The position numbers and the translations under genes were made by a program. A model generated the notes under the pieces. The model ran no database searches. It worked only from the letters and a program-made list of their open reading frames with translations, and was not told where the DNA came from. A stretch of DNA of 63,011 nt, filler included, from Thraustochytrium aureum (lineage: Eukaryota), in NCBI GenBank assembly GCA_012862495.1. It is 7 parts of 4 records of this genome, joined end to end, with 100 filler letters (N's around TTAATTAATTAA, not from the genome) between each part and the next. Parts side by side here need not be neighbours in the genome. Positions count along the whole stretch, not along the records: positions 51,710 to 56,572 come from BLSG01000410.1; positions 56,673 to 60,358 come from BLSG01000418.1; positions 60,459 to 63,011 come from BLSG01000419.1; 4 more parts are not named here. One strand, 5' to 3'. Positions 54,286-63,011 of the stretch are shown here, piece by piece. How positions within the stretch are numbered: position 1 is the first letter of the stretch; each line of letters starts with the position of its first letter.

Positions 54286-55473
54286 TTACTCTCCGAGTCG
54301 ACAGCAACGCGAAAGGTGGGGTCCTCGCGCTGGAAGCGCTGCAGCGCCTTGGTAAACTTGGAGTTGGACGTGCGGTCCTTGGGGCGCACTGCGAGGCTGA
54401 CGACGGGCTCGGGCACAAACATGCTCATGCAGGTCGGGTTGAACTTGTTCGCGTCGATATCCCCGGCGGTGAACGTGTCGCCGCTGTTGCAGTCGATGCC
54501 GAAGAGGGCGCAGATTTCGCCAGGGCCGACCTGATCGACCTCCTCCATCTCGTCGGCGTGCATGCGCACGAGCCGCGCGACCTTGACCTTGCGGCCGCTG
54601 TTGCTGGCTGTCGGGTTGGTGTTGCGGATCTGCATCCCGCGGACCAGGGTGCCCTGGTACACGCGGAGGTAGGTGAGCTGGCCGAACCGTCCCTCCTCGA
54701 GCTTGAAGGCCAGCGCCACGAGCGGGTCCGAGGCCTCGCACTTGAGCGACCGCGTCTCCTCGGCGGCGTTGAGGTCCTTGTACGTGTAGCTGCGCTCCGC
54801 GGGCGACGGCAAGTACTTGGTAACGCCGTCCAGCAGCGGCTGCACGCCGCGGTTTTTGTAGGCGCTGCCCATGAAAACGGGCACAAACGTGTTGGCCATC
54901 ACACACCGCCTGATTGCGCGCTCCAGAACCTCTTGTTCGGGCGTTTCCTCGAGCAGGAACAGCTCGCCGATCTCCTCATCCACCTCGGCCAGGCGTTCAA
55001 AAAGTTCTGTGCGCTTCGCGGCGACGAGGTCCATCAGATCCGCCGGGATCGGCGCAGTGGTTACGATCTCGCCGTCGGCGCCGCTGAAAAGCAGGGCCTC
55101 CTGATTGACCAAGTCCACAACGCCTTTCAAGTTATCCTCGATGCCGATGGGGATCTGCACCGCGGAGGCGTTGAGGTGTAGCTTTTCCCGCAGCTCGTTG
55201 ATGACGCGCCACGGAGACGCGCCTGCGCGGTCCAGCTTGTTGATGAAGGCGACGCGCGGCACGTCGTACCGTTTCATCTGCCTGTCGACGGTTACTGATT
55301 GGGACTGGACGCCGCCCACTGAGCAGAGGACCATGATGGCCCCGTCCAGGACGCGCAGGGCGCGCTCCACCTCGACAGTAAAGTCGACCTTCGCGGTGGG
55401 GTTGACGTACCGCACACGTACCGCAGGTTAGCCAACGTCCCAAGGGCGCGCGGGCGCATTGTGAGCCCAACTT

Positions 55474-55504
<31 letters not shown>

Positions 55505-55841
55505 TGAAGTCCTTCCAGGTCGTGTAGGTGGCCGCGGACTGGATCGTGATGCCCTTTTCGCGCTCCAGCTCCATGCTATCCATCTTGGCCCCCACGCCAT
55601 CGCGGCCGCGCACCTCGTGAATCGCGTCGATGCGGCCCGTGTAAAACAGAATCCGCTCCGTCAGCGTCGTCTTGCCACTGTCAATATGCGCCGAGATGCC
55701 AATGTTCCGCAGCCGCAACGGGTCCGTGAGCCCGTTCGTCGCAGCCGCCGCGAGCCATCTCCGCTGACCAGCAATACCCCGAGGCCCCTTCGCCGCGGCG
55801 ATCGCCACAGCGCCCGCGCGTCGCAGAGTCCAACCCGGCAT
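53290..55841 (-). CDS. GFM1: Mitochondrial elongation factor G1; intron 55389-55475
   Basis: Arg/Ala presequence; [36 protein letters not shown] across a GTAAGT..AAG intron, [42 protein letters not shown]. Confidence 0.97.
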
Positions 55842-55890
55842 CGCCGCAGCCGCACCAAACCCAACGCTACTACTGCGACCAGAGCACGCC

Positions 55891-56010
55891 AACCCTAGCA
55901 CGCACGCCCAACCCTATCGCGCCCTAGCCAACCCTAGCCGACCCTAGCCGACCCTAGCGCACCCTGGCCAACCCTAGCCGACCCTAGCGCACCCTGGCCA
56001 ACCCTAGCCT
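55891..56010. repeat. Array of about 11 telomere/telo-box-like 10-bp units ACCCT(A/G)GC(C/G)N directly upstream of EF-G
   Basis: AACCCTAGCA ... ACCCTAGCCG ACCCTAGCCG ACCCTAGCGC ACCCTGGCCA ACCCTAGCCG ACCCTAGCGC ACCCTGGCCA ACCCTAGCCT. Confidence 0.9.
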
Positions 56011-56351
56011 GCCGCAGAGCGCGTTTGGGGACTGCAGCTCCCGGGCCTGTTGCTCGTGCGTCTCAGACTCGCCAAACGCGTCCACTCGTTGGTCGCCCGC
56101 GCGCATTTGTTCACTCGGAGAAACTCGTGCGCACTTGATACGGGGAGAAACTCGCGCGCACCCGGTGACTGGGAGGTGCGCTCTGTTCTCGCAATCGCTG
56201 TCGAGGGAGGTGTGCAACGGGTGAGTTCTCCTGAAGGGGGAGCGGCGTGTTCCGCACGCGTTCCCCAGAACGGCTTGAAGAAGTTCAGTGTGAGCTCTCG
56301 TCACTGGGGACCCTCGCGTGACCTGCGGATGTTGAGCGGCACGGAGTGCAA

Positions 56352-56503
56352 CCTGCCGTTCCTTGGGCGCTTCGTCACTGGGGCCTCTCGAGTGACCTGG
56401 AGAGGTTCAGCTAAACGCGCGCAACGGTGTTCGACCTGCCGTTCCTTGGGCGCTTCGTCACTGGGGCCTCTCGACTGACCTGGAGAGGTTCAGCTAAACG
56501 CGT
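56352..56503. repeat. Direct repeat with about 82-bp period (two near-identical copies, plus a degenerate partial copy near 56298)
   Basis: ACCTGCCGTTCCTTGGGCGCTTCGTCACTGGGG...TGACCTGGAGAGGTTCAGCTAAACGCG at 56352 and 56434. Confidence 0.9.
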
Positions 56504-57557
56504 GCGACACTGCTGCGAGTGTTCTTTCCTCTCTGCCTCTCATCATGCCGTTCTCTGTCCTAAGAGAGAGAGNNNNNNNNNNNNNNNNNNNNNNNNNNNN
56601 NNNNNNNNNNNNNNNNTTAATTAATTAANNNNNNNNNNNNNNNNNNNNNNNNNNNNNNNNNNNNNNNNNNNNGTTGCACACGCGATCGCGTAAACTTGTG
56701 GTGGTTTTCTCCGGGAGGCGTCGTGATTGTTGGCTCCCGCGCAATGCATTGCGGCCTCAAATTCGGCGAAATTTGGGCACGGAGCTCTTGAATCGACCAA
56801 GCGAGCGAGCAGCGGTCTGTTCACTCGATCGGACAGGAACGGTCAGGACTGCAAACTTCGACGACGATTTCGGGAACAGAATCGCGCTCATTCGCGATGG
56901 CCAAGGACGCCTGGAAGTACGCGCGAATGCTTGCGGCGCTGCGCGCTGGCCGCCTCGCGAAGCGCTGGGCGTGTTAGCAGATGCACGCGCCCCACTCCTT
57001 GCTGCGTCTTGCCACTTGAGCCGCTTGGCGAACAGTGCTTTCACGGCGCCATGCCGTCGTCGGGCAGCTGGAGCCAAAGTATTGCTGCTGCCCGCTTGGA
57101 CAAACCCATGGGCCGGCCGTGCGTGACGAACCATCGCTCTAGAGCGTACTCCACTCGCGTGCTCTACTGCTCTTTGCCTGATGTGAGTCTCCATGTTGCC
57201 GATCGTGGTGGTCAACGGCTACAACGGACAGGGCCGCGAAGTGCATGAATCGTGTCAACTTCGGCGATTCGGGCCGGTTTGCGTCCGAGGGCGAGCGTCG
57301 TGGATGCACAATAGTTGCTGCGGCGCTGCAGAGACGTGCGCGTTATGGCCCTTTTGAAGTGCGCCTGGCTGGAATGCTGGCGCGCCAATCTGGCTGGGCG
57401 AAACAAGTCAGACCCGCGTCGGCTGCTGCCAAGTGCACGGACAACGCGCAGTAGGCGGCGGCGCTCGCTCGATTGTGTCGGAGTAAGACGCGCGGGCGGT
57501 CGCGATACAAGCGCCGTGGTGGCCGCCGCGCCGCCAAGCACAGCGCTGCAGGCCAAG

Positions 57558-58642
57558 ATGGAGGCCAAGGTTGATGCCGGGCGCCTCGAGGAGGTGACGC
57601 GCGGGCTAAGCAAGGCGAGGATTCATGGAGGGGAAAGCAAGCAGGACGGATCCGTGGAGCAAGCCGGTCGGCGCTGGGTTGAGATTGACGCCAAGGAGCT
57701 CGAGCTCGGCGAGCAGATCGGCGGAGGCGGGTTCGCTATCGTGTACGAAGGCGTGTGGAAGCGCAAGCGCGTGGCCATGAAAACGCTTGTAAGTTGAATT
57801 GACGAAAACCAATGGCCGTGCCCCGCGAAAGATGCAGCGCAGCGCTGACGCCCCAGGCGAGGCGAGCCCAGTTTGACCCCCGCGCCGGCGAAGACGTCAA
57901 GCAAGAGTTCATGGACGAGCTGTTCATCATGAGCCAGCTCGACCACCCAAACATTGTCAAGCTGTACGGCGCCTGCATGCGCCCGCCCAATCTCTGCATG
58001 GTGATGGAGCTCTGCGACATGTCCTTGTTCAACCTCTTGCATGGAGAACGCTCGGCGCTTTCCGAAAAGACGATCGTGGGGATGGCCTGCCAGATCGCCT
58101 CGGCGCTCGACTATTTGCACGCGCAGTCTCCGGCAATCATCCACCGCGACGTCAAATCTCACAACGTACTGATCGACTCGGACCTGAACGTCAAGCTTTG
58201 CGACTTTGGGCTTGTGAGCACCAACGTGACCGCGGCCGGCACGCCGGCCTACATGGCTCCAGAGCTGCTCAAGAGCAGCGTTTTCAGCAAAAAGGTTGAT
58301 GTGTACGCCTTTGGGGTGCTATTCTGGGAGATGGTGACCGGCTCAGTTCCCTTCGCCAGCTGGGACCCGAGCGACATTCGCGACTTTGTGGGCCAAGGCA
58401 AGCGCTTGAGCTTGCCGCTTTCTGGTTGCCCCCCGCAATGCCTGAAGCTCATCGAGCGGTGCTGGGAGCAGGACCCGGAGCGCCGCCCTGCTTTTAAAAA
58501 CGTGAGCCTCGCATTGTCGCGGGTTCACGGCGCCATGCGCGATGTGACTCACTTGGACGAAATCAGCGACCAGTGCGGGGGAGACAGCTTCGATGCGCTA
58601 AGCGCCTCGTTCGGAAAGCGGCGGGCGGGGGCAAAGAAGTGA
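57558..58642 (+). CDS. Tyrosine-kinase-like (TKL, Raf/MLK-like) Ser/Thr protein kinase; intron 57789-57871
   Basis: GGGGFAIVYEG, VAMK, HPNIV, IIHRDVKSHN, CDFG, GTPAYMAPE, DVYAFG, CWEQDPERRPAF. Confidence 0.95.
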
Positions 58643-58880
58643 GAGGGGGCGCCAAGAGCTCGAGCAGTCCTCGCCGCCGGCCGCCAAACACCGCTTTCTT
58701 TTCTAACTTTTAATTAAGAATCCAAACGAGGCACGCAACCCTCCTCAGTCCCTGCAGCCACCGACGCGCGCAGCCGTGCTTTGCCGCGCGCTGCAACTTG
58801 CCAGGCGTGCGGCGGAGAGAACAACAGTCCAGGGATGGTCCCAGGCACATATATCTTGCTTTGCGCCTTTGTGTTGCCCC

Positions 58881-60358
58881 TCAAATTCGGATGATTTTCC
58901 CATCACGATACATGATCCTGTTGCGTGCCTCAAGGCGTTCGAGGATCGCGTCGATCTCACGCGGCGAGTACGACCTACCAGGCTCGCGGTCCTTTTTGGC
59001 CTGTTTTCGCGCAGCCTGGCGCACATCGTCCACGTCGAGCTCCTCCGTGCGCCGCTCTTGAAAGAGGCGATTGACGACGGCTTGCACGCGCTTGAAACGT
59101 TCCGAGTCCTCGTCAAGCACGATGTCGTCGACGCTCTCGTCGCTCTCCGCACCGTCGTCGTCTCGAATAGCAGCCCCCGTTGCGCCAGCTTTGCGCTTGC
59201 GCTTCGTCGACGGCGTGTTGGGGCCAGTTGCACGGGCTTGGACTCGTTTTGTCCCAGCGCGCTGCACCACGGAGGTGGCGTCGTCGCCAGAGTTCTCCTC
59301 CTCCGATTCGGAGGAGCTTTCGAGGACACTGAGGCGCTGCCGCTTGCGCTTTTGGGGCTTGTCCTTTTTCCGCGGCGTCTTGTTGCGGTCTGCCGTGCCG
59401 CGGCGACCCTTTCCAGCGCCGTCGTGGTCGTCGTCGTCGTCGTCGTCACTGTTGCCGAACTCCTCGTCAGACCCAGAGAGCGAGCCTGTTTCCGAGGCCG
59501 TGCCCCGCACGCCCTGGCGCGTGTGCGAGGCCGCCTCGGCGGCGTTGTCGCCGTGGGCCGTGTCGTGGTACAGCGCGTACCGCATGATCCTTAGCACGGC
59601 TTGAGCATCTTCGACCTCCACCACCTTGGACAGTCGCGCCTTGGCGTGCGCCGTCGCAAGTCGGATGAACGACTCGAGCTGCCTCGCGGTCACAGGCAAG
59701 GTCTTGATCTCGACCTCTTGGCGCAGAGCCGCGTACTCTTGGTTGATGAACGCGCAGGCCTCCTCGGAAAGCACGGGCTTAATGCGGCTCTTGGCGTAGT
59801 GGACGTACTTGCGGATGAACTCGGGGTGGAAGAGCTCGTCGCGGGTCCCGTCGGGCCCAGCAGCAAAGCCGCCGTGAAGAAGAGGGTTGTACTTTTGGTA
59901 CACCGGCGACGACATGTCTTCTCGGTCGTCCTCCTCGTCGAGCGCCATCGAGCTGAAGCCGCCCCCGGAGGCAATCGAAAACGGGCGCCCTTCCTGGCCC
60001 GGGAGCTGATAGCGATGCAGCCGAAGGATGTGCTCCGAGATCTTGCGGTCGTGCTCGGGGCTGAGGTTGTCCAGTACGATAAAGAGCAAGTCGAAGCGGG
60101 AGAGGAGCGAGTCGGGGAGGTTGACGTTCTTCTGCGGCGTCGACTCCTTGTCGTACTGGCCGTAGATCGGGTTTGCTGCGGCGACGACAGAGCAGCGCGC
60201 GTTGAGCGACGCGTGAATGCCGGCCTTGGCGATTGTCACGGTCTGCTGCTCCATGACCTCGTGGATGGCGACGCGGTCCGCGTCGCTCATCTTGTCAAAC
60301 TCGTCGATGCAGACGACGCCGCGGTCGGCCAGCACCATGGCGCCGGCCTCGAGTCGGC
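58881..60358 (-). CDS. MCM3: DNA replication licensing factor MCM3, 5'-truncated
   Basis: [88 protein letters not shown]. Confidence 0.95.
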
Positions 60359-60604
60359 NNNNNNNNNNNNNNNNNNNNNNNNNNNNNNNNNNNNNNNNNN
60401 NNTTAATTAATTAANNNNNNNNNNNNNNNNNNNNNNNNNNNNNNNNNNNNNNNNNNNNTGCTCTGCGGGTTGCTGCGCAGCGTTCTCGTGTGAGCAACTT
60501 GCGTATCGCAGCGCGCGAGGCTCTCGTCATCTCAGCCACGTGACGTGGGATTCTGCTTCTTTCTAAAGGATTGCTTACGACCGCGCGCGGGGCTTCATCA
60601 CCCA

Positions 60605-63011
60605 TCAGAAGCGCACGCTGTGCAGCGAGGGCTTGGCCTTGTTGCACATGTCACAGTAAAAGTTCGACTCCGGGTTGAAAAACGTGCAGCCGCCGTACGC
60701 CGGGTCGCACATCCACTTGTCGCTGGGGACGTGGAGCTGGCCGGCCCAGCCGTACCCGCAAACCTCGCAAGCCACGTCGCTGGCAAAGTTAATGTAGGTG
60801 CAGTTGGAGCACTGCCACCGCGCCTGGTCGCGCTCCAGGTCCATGTCCACGTCCGCGCCGTCGCGCGCCGCCCGAAGGTCGTCCGGGACCGAAAAGGCCT
60901 CCACAAAGCGGTCCCAGCCGACCTTGCGATCCCCCCGCTCGTCCACGAGACGGACGACGATGGCGATATCAGCCGGCGAAAACCCGAGGCGCAAGTCCTC
61001 CAGCAGTCGCTGCAGCTCGGCGAGCGTTAGCGCGCCGTCACTGTCCTTGTCCGCGCGCGAGAACAGCGAGACGAGGTCGGTCGAGTTGTGTGGCGCGCGG
61101 AGGTGGCGCACGAGCGCCATGCCCATCTGCTGCAGCTTGGCTCGCGCGTCCAGGAGGTGCCACTCCGACTTGTCGGTGAACAGCTTGGCCAGCGGCGTGT
61201 CGCCCCAGAGGTACTTTTCGCGGCGCCGGAGGCGCAGGCAATCCTCGAAAAACCGAATGCGGTCCTTGATCGGCGACAGCGACAGAGCGCCTTCCAGTGC
61301 ATCCAACTCGTCGTCCGTGTAGTGCATGTCGCTGTTCACAAAGCGCAAGCAGCCCAGGGCAAGGCTGCGCTCCGCAGAGCGCCGGTCGGGCGAGGCCAAG
61401 GCCACGCCGCCACCCGAACCGCTCATAGACCGGCTTGCATCGATGCAGGAACCGTCCTCTATGCTCAGCAGGGCAAAGTCGCTCGTCATCGCCGCCTGCC
61501 GCGTGTGCAGGACGCGGCGAAGCGTCTCAGCCTCGGCCAGGGAGATGGCCACGAAATAGCGCGGCGCCTCGGCGGTGTTGACCGCGAGCCGCGCCAAGAT
61601 GGCGGCCCGCAGCTCGTGATCCGCGTCCGTGACCGGGTTCATTGCGACCACCACCGCACGGGCGGCTGCCGCGTTGGAATCCAGCCCACCCTCCGAGCAA
61701 AAATGCTGGTGCAGCAGCGGGAAAAGCTTGCCGACTCGCTCCCCGAATGACTTGGGCACCCACTCGAGCACCACCATGACGTTCTTCAGGCGGCGGTCCC
61801 CAAGCCCAATCCACCGCGGCCGGAACCAGTTGTCCGAGAGCAGCAGGTTGCCCGGAAAGTCCAGCTTGGGCTGCGACTCGCGCACCGCAAAGGCCGACAG
61901 CCGGTAGAAGGGCGCTTCGCCTACGACGCAGGTCGGCTCCGCGTTCAAGTGCGCCACCTTCCACGGGTTGGCTTGTTCGTCATCGCGGGTGTACCTGCTC
62001 ACCTTCTCCTGCTCCTCCTCTGCCTCCTCTTCCTGCTGCTGCTGCTGCTCTTGCTCGTTCTCGTTGACAATCTCCGCCTCGAGCTCCTCGGTAGCCAAAT
62101 CCTTGGCGAACCGCACCCGGTCGGCGATCTCGTCTACAAGCGCCTGCGCGTCGGGCGTGCGGGAAAAGTGCTCGTTCGCTGCGATCAGCCCTCGGACCTT
62201 GTCGTGGAATGGCTGCGGCGTAGGGAGCTGGTCCGGGACTTCAAACCCAACCGGCTCGCGGAAGAGCTCCACGCACCGCGCAAGCCAACCCGGCGAGCCG
62301 GGCGAACCTCGCGCCGCGGCCGCCGAGGCCGGGCTCAGGGTCTCGGCCGCCACAAACCGGCGCACGCGGTGCGTCTTCTCCTGCGGCTCCGGGGCCCCCT
62401 CGATCAAGGGCGAGTGCCTCTTGCAGTCGCCCACCAGGCCCGCAAGCGCCTCCTTGCGCCAGCAGTTGTAAAGCTCCTGCAGGCTCAGCATCGAGTACTG
62501 GATCGTCTCCATCTTCATAGAGTTGACCAGGAGCCAGGCCGGCACATCCAACGCACGAACCTCGTGGGACGCGCGAGTTGATGCAGCCGCCTCGTCGAAC
62601 AGCTCGTTCTTGATCAGCTGCTCCACCTCGGGGATCAGGAACAGGTGTATGGTCTGGCCGTTGCCGATGCCCCGCATGCGGAACGCGCCTTGCGCGTAGT
62701 CGCGAAACGTCATGTCCTTGCCGATCGTCACGACCGCGGCGGCGTCTGGGGCCTGCTTGATGTCCATCCCCGTTGTGTGGACTTGGTCATAAAACGTGAA
62801 GCGCCGCGAGGGGTCCACGCCGCACTGGGAGAGGTGCAGGCTCTTCCCAGAGGAGCGCTGCAGAAACATCTTGCGGTCCGCCCGGTCAAGGTAAACGACG
62901 CCCTCGAAACGGGAAGCCGGCAGGTGGGCCAAGAGATAGCGGGCCACCTGCTCGTTGTCCATGCCGGTGATCAGCGCCCCCGTGTCGATCAAGGCATGGA
63001 ACGGGGGCGTC
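60605..63011 (-). CDS. C-terminal part of a large DUF3638/DUF3645-family-like protein with two EF-hands and two RanBP2-type zinc fingers; 5' end beyond window
   Basis: IDTGALITG, FYDQVHTTGMDIKQ, TIGKDMTFRDYAQGAFRMRGIGNGQ, E/Q-rich ENEQEQ linker, DKDSDGALTLAE EF-hand, WQCSNCTYINFASDVACEVC and WMC...CTFFNPESNFYCDMC. Confidence 0.78.
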   Translation of the reverse strand, partial: TPPFHALIDTGALITGMDNEQVARYLLAHLPASRFEGVVYLDRADRKMFLQRSSGKSLHLSQCGVDPSRRFTFYDQVHTTGMDIKQAPDAAAVVTIGKDMTFRDYAQGAFRMRGIGNGQTIHLFLIPEVEQLIKNELFDEAAASTRASHEVRALDVPAWLLVNSMKMETIQYSMLSLQELYNCWRKEALAGLVGDCKRHSPLIEGAPEPQEKTHRVRRFVAAETLSPASAAAARGSPGSPGWLARCVELFREPVGFEVPDQLPTPQPFHDKVRGLIAANEHFSRTPDAQALVDEIADRVRFAKDLATEELEAEIVNENEQEQQQQQEEEAEEEQEKVSRYTRDDEQANPWKVAHLNAEPTCVVGEAPFYRLSAFAVRESQPKLDFPGNLLLSDNWFRPRWIGLGDRRLKNVMVVLEWVPKSFGERVGKLFPLLHQHFCSEGGLDSNAAAARAVVVAMNPVTDADHELRAAILARLAVNTAEAPRYFVAISLAEAETLRRVLHTRQAAMTSDFALLSIEDGSCIDASRSMSGSGGGVALASPDRRSAERSLALGCLRFVNSDMHYTDDELDALEGALSLSPIKDRIRFFEDCLRLRRREKYLWGDTPLAKLFTDKSEWHLLDARAKLQQMGMALVRHLRAPHNSTDLVSLFSRADKDSDGALTLAELQRLLEDLRLGFSPADIAIVVRLVDERGDRKVGWDRFVEAFSVPDDLRAARDGADVDMDLERDQARWQCSNCTYINFASDVACEVCGYGWAGQLHVPSDKWMCDPAYGGCTFFNPESNFYCDMCNKAKPSLHSVRF

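Overview
This window is GC-rich eukaryotic nuclear DNA from a fragmented draft assembly. It shows short 65-88 nt GT-AG introns with CTAAC/CTGAC branch points and genes for MCM3, a Rab, PIG-G and a TKL kinase. A stramenopile-like protist is my inference, not shown directly. The window is not one locus. Six artificial 100-nt spacers (44 N + TTAATTAATTAA + 44 N) join seven separate scaffolds (about 1-19187, 19288-32517, 32618-42268, 42369-51609, 51710-56572, 56672-60358, 60459-63011), so synteny across spacers means nothing. Many genes carry single-base indels in short homopolymers, probably sequencing error, which split real proteins across frames in the ORF track. About 30 genes are recognisable. 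After repairing frames by eye, the most interesting items are: (1) a probable RhoGEF (degenerate DH-PH) protein ending in a SARM1-like TIR domain that keeps the NADase glutamate; (2) a full-length, apparently catalytically dead enolase with a mitochondrial-type presequence; (3) a Rab2-like GTPase with an N-terminal KHA/DCX-like domain; (4) an uncharacterised Cys/His, basic 'RNNK...LRCFPSC' protein that may be a DNA-binding factor; (5) a stand-alone type I dehydroquinase; (6) a secreted astacin-Cys-rich-double ricin lectin protease; (7) a telo-box-like 10-bp array upstream of mitochondrial EF-G. I found no rRNA, convincing tRNA, CRISPR array or intact transposon. All family assignments come from recognising motifs by eye; no database search was run.
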